The notes under the pieces were generated by a model that was not told the origin of the DNA, ran no database searches, and was given only the letters and a program-made list of their open reading frames with translations. A DNA stretch of 64,000 nucleotides, taken from the NCBI GenBank assembly GCA_964016885.1, contig OZ024742.1, positions 297,848,001 to 297,912,000 of the forward strand, in the 5' to 3' direction. Positions 14,880-29,451 of this stretch are shown here, one piece after another. The DNA is from Eledone cirrhosa (Eukaryota). The stretch's first letter is position 1. Every line of letters begins with the position of its first letter. The position numbers and the translations under genes were made by a program.

Positions 14880-15054
14880 CGCATTGAACAGTAATGTGAA
14901 GCTTCAAGTGCATCTACTGCAGGCATTTTTTCAAACCCTAGTTCCCCACTTGCATAGGAATCGCTATCTATACTCACTGTACTTGATGTACGGCTGCTAG
15001 AGCTGACAAGCTTACGTGAATTGTTTTGGCGAAGAACTGTTAAAGATCCAGTAC
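14880..15054 (-). CDS. Internal coding exon of unidentified host gene (Ser-rich segment)
   Basis: ttccag|GT acceptor and CG|gtaagc donor; 175 bp open in phase 1 to 2: (G)TGSLTVLRQNNSRKLVSSSSRTSSTVSIDSDSYASGELGFEKMPAVDALEASHYCSMR; not seen repeated in the window. Confidence 0.75.
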
Positions 15055-15766
15055 CTGGAAAATATAATTGAGAAAAATCTTCTTAAGTACAAAGCAGAAA
15101 ATTAGCAAACAAACTTTCTATAATATTAAATATTTACAATGTTTATTGTTCAATATATCATGATCTGTGTATCTGGTTTAAACAGGTACACCATTTAACT
15201 GTGTGTCACAAGAGGCAACTGAAGGAAGAACATTTAATATTGAGGGAAAAAACTCCATGATTGGTATAATCCATGGGACTCATAGTGCGAATCTTTGCTT
15301 TAGCAGAGAAAATTACCTTAAAATGCTAGTGTTGTATTGTTCAACAAAGCATGTACCAATAATATATTAGAGACAAACAATAAAGAAGCCATTACAAGAT
15401 CATTTAACTTGCTAAAAATAGAAGAAAACATCTCCCTCTCATCACATCCTGTCAAAAAGGAAGAACACATCAGATGATGTGGTCTTAGATATAATACATC
15501 TGAAAACAAAAATGAGATCACTATAACTGTAATCACTATAACTCTGATCGTAATAGGAAAAATTTAGTATTTACTATCATCTACCTATCACCTTTCCGGG
15601 TGAGGATGAAATTTATCTAGCTTGAATATTTACGTGACTGGTAGGTTTTCTGAAGTTAGTGCTACAAATGGTTAGATCATTTGAATTACAGAACTCCGAA
15701 TGTCTTAATATTTGTTCATTCTATTTAGCATAACCACTGCCTCAATGTATATCAAAATAACCTTAC

Positions 15767-15832
15767 CATCATAAAGATTTCCAACATGTCCTTCCATGAC
15801 ATGAGTTATGTTAAAATGGTCACTGATATCTG
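15767..15832 (-). CDS. Small coding exon upstream of the 14880-15054 exon
   Basis: caatagcag acceptor (two AGs) and G|gtaagg donor; phase 1-1, encodes DISDHFNITHVMEGHVGNLYD(G) and joins the next exon in frame. Confidence 0.6.
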
Positions 15833-17399
15833 CTATTGAGGTAATCAGCATACATTAGGCCTTTTCCTCACCTGTTAGTCTTGATTGTGGTGTATATACA
15901 GATATTATTGTTGTCATGTTGCCTATGTCTAACCTAAGCTTACTCTGATTATCTGAATATGTCAATTACCCTATCTATTAATTCCTCTACCAACCTACTC
16001 CATCGATTCTAGTGCAGAATTTATACCGAAGTGCCTTAGCTGAGGAGGGTGTGGATAAGGTTCACCTCCATTTTACCTTTTGTACAAAACACATACCACC
16101 CCTATCTTTGAAAGTATGTGGTTTAGTTGTTAGGTTACAGAGCTCACAATTGCAAGGTCATGAGTTCAATTTCCAGCCTGTGTCATAGAGCAAGCACTTT
16201 ATGCTTCCCTAATCTACTCTGCTGAAAACATGATAATATGTGTTGTACTGGCATCATGTCTAGGGGGACTCTTATAGCCACAGGCATTTTATGCCAATCA
16301 AGCAAAGATAAGCTCTGGTCTGATGACTTGGGAAAACATTGAAAATTTACTAACAAGCCTATTTTTTATTGTGCCAACATTGATGGTGGCAACACTGAAG
16401 GTTTAAGCATGAGCTGAAATTGAATAAAAAAAAACTTGCAACAAAATTGCCAAATGTTTACTGAAGTCAATACAATGACTATATAAAAGATTATAATTGG
16501 AAAAGGAAGCATTACAAAAGAGACATTAACTTCTATTTGGAAGAATTCAGTGTATACAATGGTGTTAGTGAGTGTGGTTTTAAATTCAGTTTGATCTTTT
16601 ATGAAAGCATATATGAAGAAAACTACAATATAATTCACTTTATTTTAAGATAAATATTGAAAAGTTCTTAAAAGAATATTTAGTGAAGCAAGGTCAACAT
16701 AATCAATTTTGAACTATATCATTATGTCATCGTATAGTTGATATGATGGAAAGAACTGCACCAATTATATGTGAGTGGCTTCGATCTATTGTATGAGATA
16801 ATTGTGTATATCATCATAATCATTGAATACTCAAACCACTCTTTCTTTTACTCTAGCCTTCTCTGTATTCTGTGCATACATTAGAAATCAATATAACTAA
16901 GAATATATTTATATATTTTAAGACTTTTGATAACAAATTGTCTGAAAGTGCCCCTCTTTCTACAATACAAAACTATTGGATTTAAATAATTTATATTTGT
17001 CTAAGAACATTCCATTATAAATTTATGTAAAAATCTTTATTAAGTAAAGTTCCAAACACCAGATTAATAATGAGAAATTTAGTTGTATTACTATATCCCT
17101 TCAAATTCTTGATTATATGCAAAATGATTTGAAAATCATAGGCAGTGTTTTTCATTAGAAAGATGGTAATAAAAGGGTTAAATAGAAACATGTGCAGTAT
17201 GCAGAAGACAAATATAAAATGAAGAGAAAGAAAATATAGATAACTTCTACAGACAAACCAATACCTCTCATAGTTTAGTCTCTGATATATCTTTTAAGCC
17301 ACAACCAGTTGTCAGGAACAATGTGTTAGCTGAGATTATTATTCCTATTAAAACAACATATTGGTGTATTTCTATGGACAATTGTATGTATATATATAT

Positions 17400-18402
17400 G
17401 AGAATTTTGTATGCTGATGACTTGGTTTTTATAACAGAATCTGGGGAAAACTTACCAAGGAAATTCCAGTAGAAAACAAAAACTAGAATCAAAAGGGCAC
17501 AGATTTAATGTAGCAAAGACCAAAGTTTTAGTAAGTAGGAAAGACATGATCCAGATACTATGGCTGTGGTCGATTTGCAGAAAAAACTATGTAGGAATCC
17601 TATACAGCATACTTAATGAAAAATATAGGCACACAATAATTGTAGTAAGACTCTATGCAAGCTAACTGAGAATATGGACTTTGTATGTAGCAGATGCACC
17701 AAGAAAATTAGTAACAAGAGCACAAGCGAAATAAACCTTCTAATTTCAGAAATTAGTTGACAACTTCTGTTAGATAGGGGCCATATTAACAATGAAGGAG
17801 GCTGCTCTGAAAACACAGTAACTAGAAGTTCTAGGAGATATTGCTTTTGTTTACAACACAAAGGATTCTCTCTTTTTGGGTAAAATCGTATGATGTTTGC
17901 ATGAAAAGTGTAATATTGAATGATAGTATGATGTGGGTAGTGAATGCAAAGGATATGCAAAGCTTGGAGAAAAATTAATTAAACATGCTCCACTGGGTGT
18001 GTTATCTTGATGTGCATGGATAAGCATGATGTAAGCATGATGTGCATGGTGAATCATGGATAAGCTGATTGAAAAATCAAGCATCAGCATGTAGCAGAGG
18101 AGGTTGCACTGGTATGAACATGTAATGTGTATGGATGGTAATTATTGGATAAAGGAATATCAAAAGTTTCAAGAGGAAGACAACAGCAGAAAAGGAAGAT
18201 CAAGAAAGATTTGAGCAGAGGTGGTGAAATGTGTTCTCAAGAAACTGAACCTCACAAAAGAGATAATGAAGTAAAGTAGGGATGGGATAAACTGGAGATG
18301 AGTTGTCTAACACATGCATACATGGAAAAACAAGCATCATCATCATCATCATCATGGTGGTGGTGATGATGATGATGATGATAATGATGATGATGATGAT
18401 GA
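17400..18402 (+). mobile_element. Heavily degenerate 5'-truncated RTE LINE
   Basis: Remnants LYADDLV, AKTKVLV, GGCSE, RRLHWYEHVM; ends in (cat)n/(gat)n. Confidence 0.75.
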
Positions 18403-19642
18403 GGACATACATATATATACTTCTTTAGTATTGGGACCATGATAAAATGAACCCAGTACACTATGTAAAATAGTTGGTAATCAAACTGAGACAATATTGG
18501 ATAAAAGGGATTCCTCAGTCACAGCAAGGTTATGACAAAAGTTCCAGTGTTCAGGCTACAATAAAATGCATGCAGTCCACTTTATTAAGTAGCTGGTATT
18601 AGGGAGGCATCCAGCCATAATAACAAGGTAAAAAAATGAAACATCTGAATGAGATTTGATCTTTTTTAAAGTTAATAGCTTCAACAATTTTGGCTAAGCA
18701 AATTAGTCTGATAAGTGGTTGTGTATGTGTCATGAGAAAAAGCACCCAGTCCACACTGTAAATGTGGTTGGCATTAGGAAGGACACCTAGCCACAGAAGC
18801 CAAGCCAAAATCACTTCTGTATGTGCCACACATCAACACTAGGGAGGTTGTCATGTCCTTGACATGACTGAGGGGTCTTGTGTTAATGTTCCATAACTTA
18901 GTGATTTAACACAAAGGGATAGACGAAATATGTATCAAACCTGAAAAATAAGACATATTGGGGTTGATATGATCAAATAAATCCCTTGAAGATTGTACCC
19001 CAGCATGGCCACTTGTCTAACAACCGAAGCCAGTAAAAGAATAAAAACATACTAAGTAATACAAGGTGTTATATATGACAATTAACCATGTGTTGCATTC
19101 AATATATTACTCTAAACTATTTTAGGATACAGAAATTATATGTAGAGAGTGAGGGCTAGAAAAGGATATGTTCTCATCTGAGAAACAGATATCGGGCATA
19201 GATATTGTTTAGTGCTTTTAGGCAAAGTACAATTTTGTGCTTCATTCTGCTTATTTAACAAAAGATTTCTCTTATACTTTACAGTTGAGATGATATTAGT
19301 AGTAAGGTCATCCATCTATAAAGATAGTTGTTCTCATTTGCAGAATTAAATATCAACATCTCAAAAGTGGATACCACCCAAGTTAGTATGAAAGAAAAAG
19401 AATTTACTATATGTCTAGCATTAAGATATTCATATTTTTTCACATTGAAATGGGTTGAGCTGGAATAATGACCCCTTCCTACCCCACCTCTGTTTCTCTC
19501 TTTCTTCTCTCTAGTTCTTGCTTATACTGACAAACACACACACACACATATGCGCACACACACACACACACACACACATACACACATATATATATACATA
19601 AATGTGGAGATATGTAAAATCCCAACAATGGCACCAAGCAGT

Positions 19643-22365
19643 TTTAGTGTTCAGTATATATACATATACACATGAGTGTTCAGTATATATACATATACGC
19701 CTGAGTGTTCAGTATATATACATATACACCGGAGTGTTCAGTATATATACATATAGTCCTGAGTGTTCAGTATATATACATATACACCTGAGTGTTCAGT
19801 ATATATACATATACACCTGAGTGTTCAGTATATATACATATACACCTGACTGTTCAGTATATATACATATACACCTGAGTGTTCAGTATATATACATATA
19901 CACCTGACTGTTCAGTATATATACATATACGCCTGAGTTTTTAGTATATATACATATACACCGGAGTGTTCAGTATATATACATATACGCCTCAGTGTTC
20001 AGTATATATACATATACACCTGAGTGTTCAGTATATATACATATACACCTGAGTGTTCAGTATATATACATATACACCTGACTGTTCAGTATATATACAT
20101 ATACACCTGAGATTTTAGTATATATACATATACACCTGAGTGTTCAGTATATATACATATACGCCTCAGTGTTCAGTCATCATCATCATCATCACCGTTT
20201 TACGTCCGTTCTTCCACGCTAGCATGGGTTAGACGGGTTGTCCTGTTGTGGGCAGTGTCTGGTCGGCTGACCATGCCTTGCTCATACAGGAACTGATCTG
20301 GCTTGATTTCTACAGCTGGATGCCCTTCCTAACACCAACCTCATTTACAGTGAGTGGTGGGTGCTTTTTCGTGGCGCCTACACGTCCACTTTACAGTGTG
20401 GGCTGGGTGCTTTTTTGCCGTGGCACCTCCACGACCACCTTGCGGTGGGGTGGGGGGGGGGGGGGGGCATATTGTTTATATGCTTCAGCATGTACCCATG
20501 GGAGGTCGGGTACCCTGTATTACTGCGTGACGCCAGAAGTCACGGTCGTGTGTCATTGACTTTGAGAGGTGTAGTTGGGTAAGGTCGGCTTTTATCACCT
20601 CATCCCAAGTCATCTTGGGTCTCCCCACTCCGCGGTTTCCATCAACTTCTAGTGCTCTGCACCTTTTTATGCAGCTGTCATCCTTCATACGCATCACATG
20701 TCCATACCAGCGTAACCGCCTCTCCTGCACGCAGCATTTGATTCCTCTTATGCTCAGTCTCTCTCTCAATTCCTTTATGCTTTGTCGTTCACGTATATTA
20801 CTGTTACACATCCATCGGAGCATGCAGGCTTCGTTTCTCTCTAATCTACGTAAGTCTTCCACCTTCAGCGCCCAGGTCTCACTACCATGCAACATCGCTG
20901 TTCGGATACACGCATCATACAGTCTGCCTTTCATTCTGAGGGAGAAGCCTTTTGCAGCTAGCAGTGGTAGTAGTTCCCTAAACTTCTTCCATCCCGTTCT
21001 TACCCTAGTTATTGTACTTTCTGAGCACCCACCTCCGTTGCTAATTCGGTCACCTAGGTAGCAGAAGCTGTCTACTGTTTCTACAGGGCCCTCCCAGAGA
21101 TTGGTGGTACTTGTTTCCTGTGGCTGTTTGCTTGCTGTTTCAGCACAGCTGCTGCATGTGAATCCTACATTCTTAATTAAGCTTCCTGAGATCCCGCTAC
21201 ATCTCTTGCGTACCCATTGTTTGCATTTGGGGCAGAGAATGGAGTTCCTACCTACACCTTTCCTACATACTGAGCAAGGCCATTTCCCTGAGGGGATCTG
21301 GGTTCTGTTTTCTCGTCTACTTATAAGGACCTTAGTCTTTGTCATGTTGACTTTGAGGCCCTTTCTCTCTAGTCCCTGCTTCCAGGTTTGGAATTTATTC
21401 TCTAGTTCTACCATAGATTCAGCTATGAGTGCGAGGTCATCAGCATACAGGAGTTCCCATGGGCATCCGGTCTTAAACTCCTCCGTTATTGCCTGCAGGA
21501 CTATGATGAACAGGAGAGGGCTAAGAACAGAGCCCTGGTGGACCCCAACCTGTACGCTAAATTCCTCGCTATACTCATTGCCAATCCTAACTTTGCTGAC
21601 TGCTCCCCTATACATGGCTTGTACCGCTTTCACAAGCCATTCATCTACTCCTAGTTTTCTAAGAGCCCACCAGATTACTGCACGTGGAACTCTGTCAAAG
21701 GCTTTCTCAAGGTCGACAAATGCCAAGTAGAGTGGCTTACTTTTAGCTAGGTACTTTTCCTGTAATTGCCTCACAAGGAAGAGGGCATCAGTGGTGCCTT
21801 TCCCTGGTACAAACCCAAATTGCATCTCGTCTATATTCACCCGGTCCCTAATCAGTGTTCAGTATATATACATATACACCTGTGTTCAGTATATATACAT
21901 ATACACCTGAGTGTTCAGTATATATACATATACGCCTCAGTGTTCAGTATATATACATATACACCTGAGTGTTCAGTATATATACATATACACCTGAGTG
22001 TTCAGTATATATACATATACATCTGAGTGTTCAGTATATATACATATAGTCCTGAGTGTTCAGTATATATACATATAGTCCTGAGTGTTCAGTATATATA
22101 CACCTGAGTGTTCAGTATATATACATATACGCCTGAGTGTTCAGTATAAATACATATACACCTGAGTGTTCAGTATATATACACCTGAGTGTTCAGTATA
22201 TATACATATACTCCTGAGTGTTCAGTATATATACATATACACATGAGTGTTCAGTATATATACATATACACCTGAGTGTTCAGTATATATACATATACAC
22301 CTGTGTTCAGTATATATACATATAGTCCTGAGTGTTCAGTATATATACATATACACCTGAGTGTA
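19643..22365. repeat. 29-bp minisatellite (cctgagtgttcagtatatatacatataca)n, split by an RTE insertion
   Basis: Roughly 18 units on each side of 20178-21851. Confidence 0.95.
20178..21851 (-). mobile_element. Young 5'-truncated RTE LINE (RT, Cys-rich PHD-like insert, 3' UTR, (GAT)n tail) with 12-bp TSD
   Basis: Uninterrupted ORF 20485-21840 (QFGF, FVDLEKAFD, QGSVLSP, YADD, YLGD, RWYGHV); tcagtgttcagt at 20166-20177 and 21852-21863. Confidence 0.95.
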
Positions 22366-22723
22366 TATCCTCTTGGCTAGCTCTTATATATAGACCGCAT
22401 TCTTCTAAATGAAATAATTTCATATTACAGCTTCGTAAGCTGACAACCTATTTTTTTACACTTCTTTGTGTGACTCACTAAGGAAATTACCAAGCCTACC
22501 TTTTCTGCTACACAGTTCACACTCACCCATGATAAGTCATGTGTGACATATCCCAATATGACCTTCTCTACCAATTTAGGTATTTCTTCAATTCTGCTAT
22601 GCAGTAAATATGTTTAATGATTTATTTATTTATCACTAGAAATTATTATAGATTCAATCTAATTTAATAAATTAATCTATATATACATTTGAGTGATTTG
22701 CGTCCATCTGTTCTTCCATCACA

Positions 22724-22880
22724 CACTAGAAATGACTGAGAAAGGAAGGGTGATGACGTCAAGCACTAGAGATGATTGAGAAAGGAGGGGTGATGACGTC
22801 AAGCACTAGAGATGATTGAGGAAGGAAGGAGTGATGATATCATGCACTAGAGATGACTGAGGAAGGAAGGGGTGATGACA
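22724..22880. repeat. About 4 copies of a 40-bp tandem repeat containing TGACGTCA
   Basis: cactagagatgattgagaaaggaggggtgatgacgtcaag units. Confidence 0.85.
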
Positions 22881-25600
22881 AACTACAGAAAACAGTGTCT
22901 AATATGTATGTCTGTGAGGGCGTATTTTTGTAAGTGTGTCTGTGTTTGCGTGTTTATGATAATATACTCATACACACATCAGCGTGTTGAAAAAAACTTC
23001 TTGTTTTACAAAATTGTGATCCTTTAACGAGCAGTAATACTCATCGCTGACATCGCTGACATTTTCTGACATCGCTGACATCACTGTAATGCTAGACATT
23101 TTCTGCAATTAATATCTTGCTTGGTGCTACAATAATCTCTTATGAAATAAATGCATATCTTCTGGAAGAAGAAGTGTTATCAGTGTCACTCTATTCCTAC
23201 TGTTTCATGTTGGTAAACGAAGAAAGGTACATCAGGTAAAATTTTCTTAAGAATATTCTTGAGAGGAACAGTTGATTTTTATTCTGTCTATTCACATTAG
23301 ATTTATTACATGCTTTTTGCCTATAGAGACAAAGTGGTGGAGTCATGTATTTGTTCTGGTTTTCTGCAGAGCTTAAATTCTTCAGAGGTCAACTTTTCCT
23401 TTCAATCTTTTGAGATTGTTTTTTTTTTTTTTGTGACACATCCAGTTCTAGCCTTGTGTTTTGCAGAGCACTCACTTTAATTTTAAGTGGGATTCTGCCA
23501 CTTTGACAGCATCCGACACCTTCGTTTCCTCTCAACACTTTTAGGTATGTCATTGCACCAAATCACAAAACATCATATGACACTGGGCTTTTGATACTTT
23601 AAATTTCTTTTCCATTTGTGTTAATGGTAACTGGAATTTTTGCAGGAGCACTAGAGCTTTAGTGAAACAAAACAGGAGACTAAGCCACATTTTAGCATAC
23701 TTCTCTCCTTGTTCCTTATACTTTTATTGATTGTTATCTGAGATAAAGGCAGATGATCAATAACTTTAAAATACCATTTATTTACAAGTACGATTATTAG
23801 AAATTTAACCCTTTTATTACCAAATTTTTAATGCAAGACATTACCTGTGATTTTCAAATCATTTTAATAATAATAATAATAATGATAATAATAATTAAGA
23901 ATTTGGAAATATTAAGTGATATGACAAACTTTCTCATTGTTAAATTTGTTTGAAGAATAACTTAACAATACATTTTTTCTGTAATAGAATGGTGTTAGAT
24001 AGATATAAATACTTTAAAATAAATAACTTTGTACCATAGAACCAGGTTTCTAGCATGTTGGTATACAAAGGGTTGAGCTAAATACTAAAAATCAATATAA
24101 AAAATAACAATTATTATATTCTATATTTCATCCATAAAGATGAAATGAGATTAGATTGCCAATAGAATTCCTTAAATGTAAAAAAAAGGAATATTATACA
24201 ACTACAAAAATATATTCATTATTGATTTAGATTTCCCATTCCTTAGAGGTTTTAGGTATCATTATTTGTATATAAATTTCATTAGAATAGGATTAAATTC
24301 ACAAGCTCTTATTGAAACTCCAAGAATATCCAGTGATAATAGAGTGTTGGGAAGTATATAATTAGGATTCATAAAATTCATAAATTCAATCTTTGCATAT
24401 GATATATGTTTCTTGAAAATGAACCATAAATATATAACAATAAAAATATAATGTAGATGAAACAGTTAAATTTAATTTTAATCAGTCTTTGAAATTTGTT
24501 TTGTTTGTTTCTTAATGCACTATTGTATTTTTTAAAATATCAATTTAACAAATTGTGTTGATTTAAAATAGACAAGTGAAAAATCAATTGTATTTAAATA
24601 AAAAGTAACTGCACTTATTTCTTTGATTCTGTGGAACTGTGTCAGGGATGAATATTCAAACACATACAGACTCAGAGACGAGCACAGACCAAACAGAATA
24701 CATGCACACAAACAGAGACAACCAAAAACAATGTTATAAAAACACAACAGGAGGAAACAGCCATAATGACTGAAGATGTCACACAAATGTGCGACAAAAG
24801 AACTTTGAGAAATTATATTTATATTTTTAATTGTTGGTCAATCAATAATAAACATTGATTGTCAGCTATATTTAGCAATATTAGGACAACATGACCTTCC
24901 CAAAATATAACAATTGAGAGACGTTTGTGAATCTCCTTTCTTAAATTTGTCTAAAGACCAGTTTTTGTTTTTTAATTCCAGTTTGAATTTTTAATTATAA
25001 TAAATATATTCTTGTAAGAATGAGATGAAGGAAATTTTATAGAGTAATAACCAATATTCATTTTGTTCTCAGCTTAAATGGTTCCAAAATTTCTTTTAGC
25101 TGAAATTAATGCTGCTTTTTAAAGTATGTTACATTGAAAAATGTTTGTCTTCTACCTGCATGGGTAAAAAGCTTACTTCACAACCATGCAGTTTCACATC
25201 CTATCCCACTACATGGCACATTTAGCAAGTACTTAATATGTAGGCTCAGGCTGAGTAATATCCTGTGAGTGAATTTGGTTGATGGATAGTGTAAGGAAGT
25301 ATGTAGCAGATGACATGCATTCACTAAGTGTTTTAGATGCATATAATGTTGTGAGCAGACACAAACACTCTCTTAAGCCACTCTCCTTTAATCCAACAGA
25401 AAATCCAAGATGTGACAGATAGAAAAAGAGGGCTGCACTAACACTGGACTGTAATTTATCCATCCCAAAAGGTAAAGTGGACCATGATAAAACCTGAACT
25501 CAGAACACAATGAACCAGCACAGAAATACAACTCTCTAATGTCTCTGCCATATTGGCGACCTATATATATATATATATTTATATATGGGTGTGTGTATAC

Positions 25601-25632
<32 letters not shown>

Positions 25633-25980
25633 TGGGAGTGGAAATCCTATTTCGATAACCACTTTACATCTTCCAATGCATTGACTACCCCCATGAATAG
25701 TGGTCTCCAAAGTCTCAGCACTGTAGACTCTCTGTATATATGTATATATATATATATATATATAGAAGTGGTTACACAACACTTAGTTCACCATACCGAG
25801 AACAATTGTTTCACCTTAGCAGATCCTATATAGAAATAGTATTTCGCTTCAAGCATAGCTTCATACAAATATGTATAGAAATTTCGTATTTCTAAAGAAA
25901 CACGGTTTTAGGAAGTCGTAGCTATGAAAACACCGGGGCTAATGCCCTCTGGTGATGTCCAGCAGAAGCAAGGGGGACAA

Positions 25981-26022
25981 CCGTCTATGCATTTCTGGCT
26001 TGACTGGCCTTCCTCAGGACGG
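25981..26022 (-). ncRNA. Minimal type I hammerhead ribozyme
   Basis: Minus strand: ccgtc-CTGAGGA-aggc(cagtcaa)gcca-GAAA-tgca-TA-gacgg; 5-bp stem I, palindromic stem III. Confidence 0.8.
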
Positions 26023-27070
26023 TGCTTCCCACCGCTTGCGACTGCTGGACTTGAAAACAGTTGAGAATATATACTTTTCTCGTCTGTGTAAATGAGGTGA
26101 TTAATCTCATATATAATATAGATACAATGTATGTGTGTGTCATCAACACCATTTAATTTGTGTTCTTCCATGCTTAAGCAGTGATGCTTGTCCTACAGCT
26201 CATTCTCTAGATGTACAAAGATCTGTATCTTACTTTAAAACAAAACTAAATAAGTTACAGTTGGCATCAGAAATTGCCTCCATTCATAGAATACTACCTC
26301 AAAAGTCCTGTCTTACACAGGGTAATAATGAAAAATGGATGTGAAAAATCGAATGATGAAGATGATGATTGAGTCTGCAAATTTATTAGTAGAAAATCTT
26401 ATATTCACATCTAATCATATGATAATGTATAATTATCGTCTAAATGTTATATTTTAAGAATTCTACTTATTTTCATTGATTTTTTATTATATCGGTACTA
26501 AACCTCAAGACATTCATATTTTGTATCACCCACAATGCATCAGACTGACACTAATGACAATAATAATCTTTAACTAAAGCTTTCATACAGAAGAATTATC
26601 TTTAGCATTTTCATTGCGGTTTTAAAGTAGTTAATTATCTTCAACAAATGTCATTCTGTATATTATTTATGATGCTGTATGTGTGTGTGTATGTTTTATA
26701 TAGGTGACAATGTATAGCAGAACAGATGATACATTAGATGTAAAACACTGAGAAATATTTGATTGGAATGTTAAGTTCTTTAGTAAATAACAACTACATT
26801 GACGTTCATGCTTCAGTAGTCTTTAGGAGTCGTTCCTCACCCATATTTGAAACTAGCAGTACCACATCCTTTCTTAGACAAACTAATATCAAAACAAAAC
26901 AAAAAGCTAATTCTCAACTACACTTACCTCTCCTAAAGGACAAAACAAAAAGAATGAAAAACCTCTCACAAGCCTTTTTCTACACCTAATTCTTTTAAGG
27001 ACTACCAGATAACAGAAGGTGGTACTTAACCAAAGTCCTTTTCTAGATCAATAAAAGGTAGATATAGCAG

Positions 27071-27136
<66 letters not shown>

Positions 27137-27289
27137 TAAGATGTATGGTAGGACGTATGTGAATCGCGATGATCACGTCTGACTTACCAAATATGTGACG
27201 GTAGCTAGTTAAGCTCTATGCGTATACGCAGAGCAGAAATATTAGTGAAAAAGAACAAAGGAACTATTATGACATTATAACAAGTTTAT

Positions 27290-27336
27290 TGCCGACAGCC
27301 GTTTCGTCCGACCCCATGGTGGGACTTATCAAGGCA
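27290..27336 (-). ncRNA. Type I hammerhead (U3-A8 core variant)
   Basis: Reverse complement of 29452-29498. Confidence 0.8.
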
Positions 27337-29451
27337 TATAACATGTGATTGCAAGATCATTGTTTACATCAACGTATCACTCAAGGCTAGCAGTTTGAAA
27401 TTGTTGTATACATCAGCAACTCCGCTTTAAGGGGGGCTCTTTTATATTAGTTGTCGGGGTGAGGGATTGAAGTTTAAAAATTAGACAAAAATATATAATT
27501 CACGCATCAACATTAAACCAAGAGACTTGGGGTCCCGTAGAAGCACCTCAGAAAATCCCTCAATGAGTGCATAAAGCTTACAGGCTCCAATACACCTATT
27601 AGTCTAGAAGAAAATTAAGAGCCTAATAAAATAAGAAAATAAAAATATAAAGTTTCCCTAAAAAATATATAGAGTTCCTATGAAATTTCTTCTAGAGAAA
27701 AAAATTTTTTCCCAAAGAAAAAAACCTTCTTCCCCCGAGATCACGTTTACAAAATTCAGAAAACTGAATTGAAAACTAGGTTGAAAGAAACTAATCAATT
27801 AGAGGTTAATTCAGAGAGCCTTCCATAAATCTCTCAGAAAAGGCCCCTTTACTATTTCCAATAGGAACTTCTTCCGAGAGACCCTTCGAAGAATTAAAAT
27901 TTTAGAGAGCCTTTGAGGATAAATATAAAAACGAATTGAGGAAAATTATACATTAAAAGTTAAAAATTAAAAATTACGGTATTTGGGATATCCGAGGAAT
28001 TTTCAAAGGGCTGCTTCAACAGATACAACTTAGGCATAATAGGTACAATAATCTAAGCAATTTAAGCAATTTAATTAGGGAGCAATTCAAGGAGTTTATC
28101 AAGTTGGGCAAGATTAAAGAAAGTGGTAACTAAGAAAATACATAAGCAAAAAGACAATAATGATAAAATGTATCCTTAAGAAGGTACAAGGTAGCTTCCG
28201 TGATCTAACCCTGTATTATCACAAAAAAAACATTCTAAAATTATTAAAAAATCATTACAAAATTACCACAAAATCATTACAAAATTATCAAATCATCACA
28301 AAATTACCACAAAATCATTACAAAACTATCAAATTATCATAAAATTATCGCAAAATTATTACAAAATTATCATAAAATTATTGCAAAAATATAACAGGAT
28401 GAACATTACTGGTAACCGTGTGGGCGCGATATCCATTCTGCCTATGCAGTCCCCTGCACAGCTCCAGGCACGATATCCACTAGGCGTAAGCAGTCATCTG
28501 CATAGCTCCAGGCGCAGCTGGTCTTGTTTAAACGTTCATAGATCACCTGGGGTTCACTATTATCTGCGTGGACTCTCTGGGAGATGTACCTGTGGATCTA
28601 ATAGCCAGTGGTTGCCGGATGTGGTCCGTTCGATCCTTTAGTTTCAGGGGTTGAACGCTTTCGCGATAGACGAGCCTGCTGGTTCTAAGTCCAAGGTTTC
28701 GCCACGCATTATGTATTGGTCTACATGCTATATCGTTAACAAACCAGTGTGGATTTGACTGGGGTGGTATATTACGAACTCCAAGTCCACACGCGACTGG
28801 TCAAAATCGAAGGGCTGTCCTCTCTTTGTTTGCTGTATGGGTCGTTCTCAGCTTAGATGGTGGTCGTGTTATCCATATTCCGTCAGCCCTGTATATTCAA
28901 GACAGATCAGGGTATGTATTTGCGGGTATGGTCCGGCGTCTACGTTATCCAGAGGGTCTCGCTTGTGGTATTTTCAAGTTCGCATGTCATCTCCCGGTTA
29001 AGGCTGCGCATGCTTCGGTGAATCTCAAGCATGGAATCTTAGGGTATCATATTACACGGGGTGACTAGCAGAAAATATACATTCTATGCTATCGCGCACG
29101 CGCTGGCCTGTGGCTACGACCGTGTCCAGTCTCGGGTAGTAGCAGACAGCAGGTAGACCAGCTATACACACCCCTGATCAAGGGGCACAACCCCCAACTT
29201 ATCGAGTGGTCAGACTTCAAGGGAGTCAACTCTCCAAGCCCATTATGTCGACCGTGGTGAAATACAAAAAAAAAAAAAAAAAAAAAATTCCTATTAGTAA
29301 AGAACTAATCACTGATAATAAAGAACCAGCTCAAAAGAATGGGGGGGGGGGCATCTATTTGGGCGGAGTTGCTGATGTATACAACAATTTCAAACTGCTA
29401 GCCTTGAGTGATACGTTGATGTAAACAATGATCTTGCAATCACATGTTATA

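Noticed and set aside
15985-16085. Possible extra minus-strand exon (NGGEPYPHPPQLRHFG..)
   Set aside because: No good acceptor, and the donor phase does not match the 15767-15832 exon
20615-21730. Long antisense ORFs over RTE, CR1 and PLE coding regions
   Set aside because: Shadow frames of RT ORFs, not consistently preserved between copies
19643-22365. Regular repeat array next to an RT, superficially CRISPR- or retron-like
   Set aside because: Units are contiguous with no unique spacers; eukaryotic context; the RT is an RTE LINE with a TSD
22675-23042. Helitron-like non-autonomous element around the 40-bp repeat
   Set aside because: The 5' TC start is plausible, but no clear 3' hairpin or CTAG
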